Under the pieces are notes generated by a model. It did no database searches and had not been told where the DNA came from. It saw only the letters and a list, made by a program, of their open reading frames with translations. Shown piece after piece: positions 9,067-17,214 of a stretch of DNA of 64,000 nucleotides; position 1 is the stretch's first letter, and each line of letters begins with the position of its first letter. The position numbers and the translations under genes are program-made. The stretch covers positions 3,722 through 67,721 of the forward strand of contig JAAZOM010000029.1 of assembly GCA_012797775.1 (NCBI GenBank). The letters are read 5' to 3'. Source of the DNA: Candidatus Kuenenbacteria bacterium. Lineage in GTDB: Bacteria; Patescibacteriota; Patescibacteriia; UBA2196; GWA2-42-15.

Positions 9067-9291
9067 ATGTCGACACCCACACAGAAACATACCAAGTCAA
9101 GAAAAAATATAAGAAGAGGAGCAATTCGCCTGAAAAAGATATCTTTGGCCAATTGTCCAAAATGTAAAAAACCCGTAAAACCACATACTGCCTGTGCTTT
9201 TTGTGGTAGTTATAAAGGTAAGGTGGTAAAAAAGGTGAGAGTGCCAAAATCCTTGCGTAAGTCCAAAAAACAGGAGAAGTCCAAAAAGTAA
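9067..9291 (+). CDS. rpmF: 50S ribosomal protein bL32 with C-terminal Lys-rich extension
   Basis: N-terminal KHTKSRKNIRRG and a CPKC..CAFCG zinc ribbon, typical of bL32. Confidence 0.8.
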   Translation: MSTPTQKHTKSRKNIRRGAIRLKKISLANCPKCKKPVKPHTACAFCGSYKGKVVKKVRVPKSLRKSKKQEKSKK

Positions 9292-9366
9292 CTAGTAACT
9301 AGCCCGCCTCGACTCGCATCGATGCGAGGCAGGTAACTGGTAATTTAAAATATTAAAAATAAAAAT

Positions 9367-9846
9367 ATGTCCAACCGTCATTTGGCGAGAACTGTGGCAA
9401 TGCAGATTTTATTTGAATGGGATTTTAATAATCGTTCACAAAAGCTGAATGAGGTTATTGATTATAACATGGCAGAGTTTGGAGTCGGGCTGGAGGAAGA
9501 TCGGGAATTTGTAGAAAAATTGGTGCGTGGGGTGGTGAAGAATATGGCAGAGATAGACAAGCTCATCGTACAATATGCGCCCGAGTGGCCAATAGAAAAA
9601 ATAACAATTATTGACAGGAGTGTTTTGCGTCTAGGTATTTATGAACTGACGTTTGGCAAAGAGGTGCCACCAAAGGTGGCCATAAATGAGTCAATAGAGG
9701 TGGCCAAAACATATGGTGGTGAATCTTCGGGGCGATTTGTAAATGGGGTTTTGGGATCTGTTTATCGCGATGTTCAGGGCGAGCAGGAGGGGATAATTAC
9801 ACCGGAGAGTTTTAAAAAACAAAATAATATAGTAACTAGTAACTAG
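9367..9846 (+). CDS. nusB: Transcription antitermination factor NusB
   Basis: RHLARTVAMQILFEW N-terminus, with NusB length. Confidence 0.85.
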   Translation: MSNRHLARTVAMQILFEWDFNNRSQKLNEVIDYNMAEFGVGLEEDREFVEKLVRGVVKNMAEIDKLIVQYAPEWPIEKITIIDRSVLRLGIYELTFGKEVPPKVAINESIEVAKTYGGESSGRFVNGVLGSVYRDVQGEQEGIITPESFKKQNNIVTSN

Positions 9847-9968
9847 GAATAGGTAATTTATTATAAATTAATAGGACCAGATAGAGGGCAGATAGACTAC
9901 AAATTTACAAATTATTTATTTGTGAGTTTGCAGTTGATTTGCGGATGTTTGGCCTTTGAAAAAATAAT

Positions 9969-10679
9969 ATGGAAAAAAGTGAGCAGATGAAAGATTTGGA
10001 AAAAAGATTGGGAGTAGAATTTAAAGATAAAAATTTGTTGAAAGAAGCATTGGTGCACCGTTCATATATCAACGAACACCCCAGTTTTGCCGTAAATCAT
10101 AATGAGAGATTGGAATTTTTGGGAGATGCGGTACTGGAGCTAATTGTGACGGAGTATTTGTTTAGAAATTATCCAAATCCGGAAGGAGAAATGACGAATT
10201 GGCGGGCAGCGCTTGTTAATGCCAAGATGCTCGCGGAAATCGGAGGATCTTTCGACCTGTATGCTTATCTTTATTTGTCGAGGGGGGAGTCAAAGGATAA
10301 TAATATTAAGGCAAAAAATTATATTATTGCCAATGCAGTAGAGGCGGTGATTGGGGCGATTTATATCGATCAGGGGTTTGAGGCAGCTAGGGTTTTTATT
10401 ACCAATAATATTTTAGCGCGTTTGAATTATGTTTTGGAACACAAGCTGTACATGGATGCCAAGTCACACTTTCAGGAGATAACACAGGAAAAAATGGGGA
10501 TTACGCCGAGCTACAAGGTGGTAGAAGAAAGCGGACCGGACCATAATAAAAAATTTGTCATCGGAGTATATTTGGGAGAGGAATTGATCGCTCGTGGCGA
10601 GGGTACGAGCAAGCAGGAAGCACAGATGGCCGCGGCGGAAAACGCGCTGATACAGTGGGAGAATGAGGGAAAGATATAG
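9969..10679 (+). CDS. rnc: Ribonuclease III
   Basis: ERLEFLGDAVLELIV catalytic signature and a C-terminal dsRBD. Confidence 0.95.
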   Translation: MEKSEQMKDLEKRLGVEFKDKNLLKEALVHRSYINEHPSFAVNHNERLEFLGDAVLELIVTEYLFRNYPNPEGEMTNWRAALVNAKMLAEIGGSFDLYAYLYLSRGESKDNNIKAKNYIIANAVEAVIGAIYIDQGFEAARVFITNNILARLNYVLEHKLYMDAKSHFQEITQEKMGITPSYKVVEESGPDHNKKFVIGVYLGEELIARGEGTSKQEAQMAAAENALIQWENEGKI

Positions 10680-10759
10680 ATTAATTTTTAATTTTATAAT
10701 TTTTAATTTTTAAACAATTTTCAATTTTATAATTTTTAAAATAAGAAAGAGTGCCATGA

Positions 10760-10830
10760 GGCGCTCTTTTTGGTTTATAAAAAATAAAAAACCTGCCAAG
10801 ACAATTTCGTCTGGCAGGTTTGCTCTGTGG
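10760..10830. terminator. Bidirectional terminator pair between rnc and the GC-rich island
   Basis: Hairpin AAGAGTGCC..GGCGCTCTT followed by T-run on the plus strand. Hairpin CCTGCCAG..CTGGCAGG followed by TTTTTTATTTTTT on the minus strand. Confidence 0.55.
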
Positions 10831-11236
10831 GGGTGCCCCGACACTTTTTTCTGCCGCGCTCGGCAGGTGCGATGCGGGATTATGCCACAAAGGCTTCACC
10901 AGGGTGTTACGCCGCGGAACCTTCCGTCATCAGGTTGAAGGTTTGGCCGCGAATTTTGGTGGTGAGCATAAGCTCCCTCCTTTTTACCAGTATCGGCCAC
11001 ATTGGACCAGGATCTTCCTCTGGTCACAGTTGACTGCTATTTCAGTTTAACCCCGGGTTGTTTTTTTGTCAAAACCTTGACTAATTTTGATAAAAGTGTT
11101 AGGGCAAAAATAGGTCTTTGTGACTTGCAAAAAACATAAAAAATTAAATAGGGGCCGTGCAAACCCCTAGGAGGAAACGCTTGCACAATAATTCACGTGG
11201 TACAGAGCAGTTCATTTCCAACTCTCGGGAGGGAGT

Positions 11237-11794
11237 ATGAAACAGCTCTTGCTTTTCTGCGCGTTTGCGCTTCTGCTGGCGGTCCTGGTGGCCGCATCGC
11301 CCCCGGTGATCCTCGGTGCGATGACCAGCGAATCCAACTTCGGCGCCATCGGCTCGATCGGAAACCCCTGCGAACAGGACAAAAATCTGCAAGGCGGCGC
11401 CGACAACAAATTCCCGGCCGGCGAATTCGCTGGCGCCAATGTCGCCAAGTTGACCTATGCCTATATGACCACCTCAGCCGCCCTGAACGGCGCCGCGACC
11501 GCGAATAAGAACTTTTCGCCGCGGCTGGCCGTCACCACCGACCTCGTGGCATCATCGAAAAACGCCCAGGTCGCTTTGAACGAAATGATCGAATCGATTC
11601 AGACCTCCGGCACGGTAGAGTCCGCCGGTATGGTCGAAAATTACAGCAGAGAATTCGCCGAGAACGGCCGGATCAGTTCGAATGTGGGTGGCGCCGATAA
11701 CAAATTCCAGCGCGCCGTCAGCACCAGCTCCACCCTGTCCGGGAAGAAGAGTGCCGTCGTGAACAAGACCGTGAACTGCGTCTACCGCGCCTAG
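11237..11794 (+). CDS. Secreted hypothetical protein with signal peptide, in a high-GC foreign island
   Basis: N-terminal hydrophobic signal MKQLLLFCAFALLLAVLVAAS. ~60% GC with GCC/GGC/CTG codon usage unlike the rest of the window. Internal repeat GGADNKF occurs twice. Strong terminator follows. Confidence 0.7.
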   Translation: MKQLLLFCAFALLLAVLVAASPPVILGAMTSESNFGAIGSIGNPCEQDKNLQGGADNKFPAGEFAGANVAKLTYAYMTTSAALNGAATANKNFSPRLAVTTDLVASSKNAQVALNEMIESIQTSGTVESAGMVENYSREFAENGRISSNVGGADNKFQRAVSTSSTLSGKKSAVVNKTVNCVYRA

Positions 11795-11845
11795 CCGAAT
11801 CTCGGCCAAGCCGGTAGTCTCCAAAAGAGACCCGTGAAGTCTCAC

Positions 11846-11880
11846 GAGGGGTGATGCTTGTCATCGCCCCTCTTTTTTAT
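11846..11880 (+). terminator. Rho-independent terminator
   Basis: GAGGGGTGATG..CATCGCCCCTC hairpin followed by TTTTTTATTTTT. Confidence 0.8.
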
Positions 11881-11882
11881 TT

Positions 11883-11916
11883 TTGACTTTGGGCAAAATT
11901 TATGCTATACTGATAT
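11883..11916 (+). promoter_or_regulatory. Sigma70-like promoter (TTGACT-17nt-TGcTATACT)
   Basis: -35 TTGACT, 17-nt spacer, extended -10 TGCTATACT. The core is identical at 18809-18841. Confidence 0.55.
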
Positions 11917-12212
11917 TAGATTAAGAACTATCAGGTGAGCAATGATAGTTTTTAATTTGGCAAAACAGAAGAGAAAACAAAAATTAACAACCAAGGAGCA
12001 GAAATATTTTTATAAGTTTTTGAAAAAATGATCGCAGGATCTGGGCGGTAGTAAAAAGTATAAAGGATATCGCCGCAAAAATATGAAGCCCAAACAATAA
12101 TTAGATTGTTAGTTTTAGAACAGAAAGAGAGAGCGGCCCAGAGGAGCACTTTGACAAATCGGGAAAGTAAAAACAAAAATCAAAAATCCCTAAGAAGGGA
12201 TTTTTTGTTTTT
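11917..12212 (+). ncRNA. Candidate sRNA or small-protein transcript (promoter to terminator, ~300 nt)
   Basis: Bounded by the promoter at 11883 and a hairpin+T-run terminator at 12183-12212 (ATCCCTTAGAAGGGAT TTTTTG). Contains only a 29-aa ORF. Confidence 0.3.
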
Positions 12213-12228
12213 AGAATAAATAATTCAA

Positions 12229-12558
12229 CTAAATTTTTTCTATGTCTAGACCATTTTCAACAAAGAACTGAGAATAATATCTTTCTGGACCATCTAGCTG
12301 CTCATTAAATTTAATAATAATTGAGTCATCTTGTCTTTCTACCATACCCTGAAATGCTTGGTCGCAATAATTTTGTGTTTCTATGTCACTTCTCTCCCCA
12401 CCAAATCCAAACTCTCCAATATCTGGCAAACTAAATAAAAATTCTTTTGAGAATCCTTGCTTTATTTTTGTCCAGTCGTCAAATTTTATAGATACTTGTT
12501 CATTTGGTTTAAAAAATTTTTGACGCATGTCTTGCTCGGTTCGTTCAGCGGCTGTCAT
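12229..12558 (-). CDS. Hypothetical protein
   Basis: 109-aa ORF with no recognisable motifs. Confidence 0.5.
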   Translation of the reverse strand: MTAAERTEQDMRQKFFKPNEQVSIKFDDWTKIKQGFSKEFLFSLPDIGEFGFGGERSDIETQNYCDQAFQGMVERQDDSIIIKFNEQLDGPERYYSQFFVENGLDIEKI

Positions 12559-12590
12559 ATTTTTATTAATTGATAATTATATAAATATTT

Positions 12591-12665
12591 TGGAGCGGGT
12601 AGGGGGAGTCGCACCCCCATCTTGTCCTTGGCAAGGACACATAATAGCTGCTATACGATACCCGC
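12591..12665 (-). tRNA. tRNA-Trp (anticodon CCA), CCA encoded
   Basis: Cloverleaf GCGGGTA..anticodon loop TGCCAAG..GGGGGTGCGACTCCCCC..TACCCGCTCCA. Confidence 0.85.
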
Positions 12666-12709
12666 ATATTTTTAGCTTATTGGTATATTAGCAAAAGTTT
12701 TTTGGGCTG

Positions 12710-12928
12710 TCAAAGTATTTCTATGATTTTTTGGCGAGAGGTTTCACCTTTAATTATGGCCAGCCGTGATTTGGGGATTTTGAGGCGAGTAGATAAAAGC
12801 TTGATGACTGCTTCGTTGGCTTTGCCTTTGTCTGGAGCGGCAGTGGTGTGAACCACAAAATGAGCGTCGTCGATTTGGGTGGCTTGGTTGAGTTTGGATT
12901 TGGGGGTTACTTTTACGTTTATAAGCAT
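12710..12928 (-). CDS. DUF167/YggU-family protein
   Basis: 72 aa. The AAPDKGKAN..IKG..SR.K pattern is typical of YggU. Confidence 0.6.
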   Translation of the reverse strand: MLINVKVTPKSKLNQATQIDDAHFVVHTTAAPDKGKANEAVIKLLSTRLKIPKSRLAIIKGETSRQKIIEIL

Positions 12929-12986
12929 ATAAATATTTTTAAGCTACTACAAATTTACAAATATTATACAAATATACAAATAGATT

Positions 12987-13772
12987 TTATTTGATTTTTT
13001 TTATTGTCTTGAGAAGTGTTGGGTGGATATTTTTATTACTAGCCAGAATGCCCTTGGATTGGATGGTCCAAGGTCGGCCGGTCATATCGGTGACAATACC
13101 GCCGGCTTCACGGACGAGAAGAGCTCCGGCGGCAACATCCCAAGGATTAACACCCGGGATAATAATGGCTTCGGTTTTGCCACGGGCGACCCAGGCGGTT
13201 TCTAGGGCGGCGGTACCGATTTGGCGCAAGTCCCTGGCCAGTGGTTTCAATTTTGAGTAAAGATGGATGGCTTGTTTGACGCTGGCTTCATTGTTGCCGT
13301 GGCAAAAAGTGAGAAAAGATTTTTTAATTTTATTTTCTTCGGAGCTGTAAATCTTTTTGCCGTTGAGGAAGGCGCCCTTGTTTTTTTCAGCCAGATATAA
13401 ATCTTTTAGAAAAGGGATATAGACTAGGGCCATAATTATCTCTTCTTTTTTCGCGAGGGCGATAGAAACCGAGAAGAGGGGATTGCCCATGGCAAAGTTG
13501 GTGGTGCCGTCGAGAGGATCAATGATCCAGAGATAATCAGATTGTTTTTTATTATCGCCAGCCTCTTCAGAAAGAATGCGGTGGCTAGGGAAGTTTTTCT
13601 TGATAGCGGAAAGAATAATACGCTCGGCGGCTAGATCAGCTGGGGTGATGATTTCGTGTTTGCTTTTTATTTTGACCAGCGAGCGGCTGATTTTATTGAA
13701 ATGTTTCATTAGCTCAGTACCGGCCTTTTGGGCGGCCAGAATGGCGATTTGTTTAGGAGAGGGATTTTTCAT
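12987..13772 (-). CDS. Inositol monophosphatase family protein (SuhB-like)
   Basis: WIIDPLDGTTNF and ILSEE motifs of the IMPase family. Confidence 0.85.
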   Translation of the reverse strand: MKNPSPKQIAILAAQKAGTELMKHFNKISRSLVKIKSKHEIITPADLAAERIILSAIKKNFPSHRILSEEAGDNKKQSDYLWIIDPLDGTTNFAMGNPLFSVSIALAKKEEIIMALVYIPFLKDLYLAEKNKGAFLNGKKIYSSEENKIKKSFLTFCHGNNEASVKQAIHLYSKLKPLARDLRQIGTAALETAWVARGKTEAIIIPGVNPWDVAAGALLVREAGGIVTDMTGRPWTIQSKGILASNKNIHPTLLKTIKKIK

Positions 13773-14329
13773 ATTTTTTCTAATTTATTTATGGCCTTTA
13801 AATATAAAGGTTTGATTATTTTTTTAACTTTTTGGTTAGTGATTCTGCTGAACATAAAGTCGAATTTGTCTTGAATTAATCTTTTACTGAAATCGGGAAA
13901 GCGATTTAGGAAGTGCTGAATGTTTTTTTCAAAAAAACTAGCAGAGTCTGCGTCTTTTAGAATATTTGATTCTTTATCTCCGCCGTATTCGTGATTTTCT
14001 ATCAGGTGTTTAACTTTGTTTATAATTTTTTGTTCGACATTATTTTGTTTTAAAAAATTTGCCATGATTTTTCCGCCGGTTGTTTGATGTTCGTGCATAT
14101 ATGATTTTCCCATAAAGCCATATTTTTTATCATGGACTTCGGTCGACTTTTTTCTGGCGGGTCGCTCGATATCATGCGAGTAAGCGGCTATTTGCAGAGC
14201 GACATCGGCATTGGGTTTAATTTTTTTAACCCATTTAAGTGTGGCGGCAAAGTGGGGGGATTTACCATTATTTATTTTGTCTACAAAATTAATAACTTTT
14301 TTCAGTAGTTGGTGTTCTTTTTCGGTCAT
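13769..14329 (-). CDS. HD-domain phosphohydrolase (putative)
   Basis: AAYSHDIER (HD) and downstream H/D residues (ENHEYGG, LKDADSAS). Confidence 0.5.
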   Translation of the reverse strand: MTEKEHQLLKKVINFVDKINNGKSPHFAATLKWVKKIKPNADVALQIAAYSHDIERPARKKSTEVHDKKYGFMGKSYMHEHQTTGGKIMANFLKQNNVEQKIINKVKHLIENHEYGGDKESNILKDADSASFFEKNIQHFLNRFPDFSKRLIQDKFDFMFSRITNQKVKKIIKPLYLKAINKLEKI

Positions 14330-14823
14330 ATTAATTCCAAAATTTTTAATTCTAGTTTATTAGTCTCAGTATTCCAGATAGCGAAAGTGGCTTTGGAAAA
14401 CATGCCGGCCAAAGTGCCAGGATTGGCAAGAGTGGTCCTGCCCACTTGCTCGATCCATGGCTTATGATTGTGGCCGTAGAAGACAAAGTCATATTTTTGG
14501 GTAGCGGCCAATTCTTTGGCGATGTCAGGATAATGAGTAAGGGCTATTTTTTTATTGTCAATTTTCAATTCAGCCAAGTCGCCATAGTGGGTGATATGCG
14601 TAAACTCTTTTACAACTTTTGGTTCGTTTTCCCGATCACAAACATTGCCAAAAACAACATGGATTTGGCTGTTAAATTTTTTTGCAATTTCTCTTAAGGT
14701 TGATGGTGCGCAAGTATCGCCACAAATAATTAATTGTTTGATGTGGTTTTCTTTGGCGAAGGCGAGAAATTTTTTCAGATTGGTGAGGTTGTCGTGAAGG
14801 TCGGAGATGATGGCGATGAACAT
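14326..14823 (-). CDS. Metallophosphoesterase (YfcE/MJ0936-like phosphodiesterase)
   Basis: ISDLHDN, GDTCAP, GNVCD and YGHNH motifs. The start was chosen at an internal Met (MFIAIISDLH). The ORF track extends to 14847. Confidence 0.8.
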   Translation of the reverse strand: MFIAIISDLHDNLTNLKKFLAFAKENHIKQLIICGDTCAPSTLREIAKKFNSQIHVVFGNVCDRENEPKVVKEFTHITHYGDLAELKIDNKKIALTHYPDIAKELAATQKYDFVFYGHNHKPWIEQVGRTTLANPGTLAGMFSKATFAIWNTETNKLELKILELI

Positions 14824-14872
14824 ATTAACATTTAAACATTTAAGCATTTAAACATATAAACATAAAACAAGT

Positions 14873-15724
14873 TTATTTTTTATCGCGGAAGGATTTGAGG
14901 AGGGCGATATCTTTTTTACGACGGGATTCAGTCGGAGTTTCAAGAATTAGATCAATATTAAGTTTTTTCTTTTGGAGATATTTAATCAGAGCGGAGAAGC
15001 CAGTAAGGCCGATTTGGCCAGAACCCAGGTCTTCATGGCGGTCAGCGTGCGAGCCGAGAGAGACTTTGGAATCATTGAGGTGGATGAGTTTTAATCTTTT
15101 CAAACCAATAGTTTTATCAAATTGGTTAAAAGTTTTTTGGATAGCTTGGGCGTCGCGGAGATCATAGCCGGAGGCAAAGGCATGGGCGGTGTCAAAGCAA
15201 ACCCCGAGTTTTTTTTGAATTATGAGTTTAGAATTATGAATTATGGAGGCCACCTCTTCAAGGGTGTCGCCGATGATGGCGCCAGAACCAGCAGACATTT
15301 CGATCAGAAATTGAGTGGCGCCTTTATAGTCAGTAAGAATTTTTTCCAGGCCGGTGACGACTTTTTTGAGTGATTCTTTTTCGCCCAGATCTTTGGCTGA
15401 ACCAAGGTGGGTCATGAGATATTTGACACCGAGCAGAGAGCCGCGTTCCAGTTCTTCCCGCAAAACAGAAATAGAGCCATGATAAATGCGATTATTGCTT
15501 GAAGCGAGATTGATAAAATAGGGGGCGTGAATATAAAAATTTGTAAACCCAAATTTTTGATTGGCGAGTTGGAATTTTTTTATATCTTCGGAGGTGATTT
15601 TTCTAGCCGGACCACCTTGGGGTGGACGCGAAAAGAATTGGTAGCATTCACAACCTTGATTCTTGGCGTTGGCTGGGGCATTTTCTAGGCCGCCAGCGGC
15701 AGAGATATGGGCGCCGATGAACAT
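14873..15724 (-). CDS. nfo: Endonuclease IV (AP endonuclease family 2)
   Basis: MFIGAHIS N-terminus and a TIM-barrel Nfo signature (HAPYFINL, ETP). Confidence 0.85.
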   Translation of the reverse strand: MFIGAHISAAGGLENAPANAKNQGCECYQFFSRPPQGGPARKITSEDIKKFQLANQKFGFTNFYIHAPYFINLASSNNRIYHGSISVLREELERGSLLGVKYLMTHLGSAKDLGEKESLKKVVTGLEKILTDYKGATQFLIEMSAGSGAIIGDTLEEVASIIHNSKLIIQKKLGVCFDTAHAFASGYDLRDAQAIQKTFNQFDKTIGLKRLKLIHLNDSKVSLGSHADRHEDLGSGQIGLTGFSALIKYLQKKKLNIDLILETPTESRRKKDIALLKSFRDKK

Positions 15725-15769
15725 AATAGTATTTAGTATTAAGTATTTAGTATAATAATTTTAACAGGA

Positions 15770-15803
15770 AAAGAGAGGAAAGTAAAAACCGCCTTTTGGG
15801 CGG
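15770..15803 (-). terminator. Terminator downstream of tig (bidirectional hairpin)
   Basis: AAAACCGCC TTTT GGGCGGTTTT hairpin with T/A runs on both strands. Confidence 0.6.
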
Positions 15804-15813
15804 TTTTAAAAAG

Positions 15814-17097
15814 TTATTTGACAATTTTTTCTTTTAGCCAGGCGATGACTTTTTGGCTGGTTAGGGATTGGGATAGGTAGTCGCGGTAGGCCGGAGAGTT
15901 TATTTGTTCTAGATTTTCTTGGTTGTCTTGATAAAGGCCTGTAATTTTTTGTATTTCCTCATCTATTTCTTTTTTGTCGGTGGTAATGTTTTCTTTTTGT
16001 GCAATGTCTCTAATAATCAAAATGCTTTTAACTCTTAGTTCTGCCCCGGGTCGCAGATCTTTTTCGAAGGCTTCCTCTGTTTTGTTCATGTTGGAGAGCC
16101 AGGTGTGGAGATCCAGCCCGCGCACAGCCAAATCATCTTCAAGCTCATGAGACATGAGGTGAATTTCGTTGGCGATGAGTTTTTCTGGGATTATTTCAAA
16201 GGAAGTTTTTTCAATAATATTTTTCAGAAGGTCGTTTTCCAGTTGGCGGTTAACTTCATTTTCTTTTTCATTTTGTAGGTTTTCTCGGATCTGTTTTTCG
16301 AGCTCCCCAAGGTTGTGAAAATGGCCTAGACTTTTTGCAAACTCGTCATTTAGTTCCGGGATTTCTAATTTGTAGACACCATTAATGGAGACGGAAAACT
16401 CGCACTCTTTGCCGGCGAAATGTTTTTGAAAATAATCTTTAGGAAAAGTAATATTAAATTTTTTATGATCACCGGCAGAAAGGCCAATAATTTGTTCTTC
16501 GAATCCGGGGACCATATGGTGTTCCCCCAGAAAGACAGAGGAATTTTTTTGGGTAGCATTTTCTTGGGGAACGCCGGCGACAGAAATTTGATAATCAAGT
16601 TTGACCAGATCGTTTTCGTTGGCTGGCCTGTTTTCCAGAATTTCAACAGCTCGTGATTTGGCTAGGCCGAGTAAAAGTTTTTTTATTTCATCGTCTTTAA
16701 TATTGATAGTTGGTCGGGAGATTTTGATGGTGGATAGGTCTGGCAGGGTGACTTTGGGTAGTATGGATATTTTGGCTTCGTAGATGAGAGAGTCACCGGG
16801 AGCCATTTTTTTGATAGTGATTTCTGGCGAGCCAACGGTTTCCAGCTTTTCCTCTGTGACAACCTTAACAAAAGTATGGGTGATTATTTCCGAGAGAGCT
16901 TCTTCTAGGATAGCGGCTTCGCCGAATTTTTGTTTGATAATATCATAGGGAGCAAGGCCGGGGCGAAAGCCGGAGACTTGGTTTTTTTCGGATATCTTTT
17001 TGGCGGCCGGAGCGAGGAACCCCTGGTACTCATCAGGAGATAATTCCAAGGTTATTTGGGTTTCGCCCCCGGGTAGGGTTTTTATGTCTTTTTGCAT
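15814..17097 (-). CDS. tig: Trigger factor
   Basis: N-terminal ribosome-binding region (GFRPG), central PPIase-like and C-terminal domains, 427 aa. Confidence 0.9.
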   Translation of the reverse strand: MQKDIKTLPGGETQITLELSPDEYQGFLAPAAKKISEKNQVSGFRPGLAPYDIIKQKFGEAAILEEALSEIITHTFVKVVTEEKLETVGSPEITIKKMAPGDSLIYEAKISILPKVTLPDLSTIKISRPTINIKDDEIKKLLLGLAKSRAVEILENRPANENDLVKLDYQISVAGVPQENATQKNSSVFLGEHHMVPGFEEQIIGLSAGDHKKFNITFPKDYFQKHFAGKECEFSVSINGVYKLEIPELNDEFAKSLGHFHNLGELEKQIRENLQNEKENEVNRQLENDLLKNIIEKTSFEIIPEKLIANEIHLMSHELEDDLAVRGLDLHTWLSNMNKTEEAFEKDLRPGAELRVKSILIIRDIAQKENITTDKKEIDEEIQKITGLYQDNQENLEQINSPAYRDYLSQSLTSQKVIAWLKEKIVK

Positions 17098-17214
17098 ATA
17101 AAACGATCAATTGATTAAATATAATATTAGCATTTATGGGATAATAGGCAAGGAGTATAAAGGGAATTGACCAGAGTTGTGTTTATTTGTTAATATCAAA
17201 ACAAGGACTTTTTT

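Noticed and set aside
10681-10899. 72-aa minus-strand ORF spanning the AT-rich spacer after rnc
   Set aside because: It runs through the terminator hairpins and the AT-rich repeat tract and has no RBS. It is more likely noncoding.
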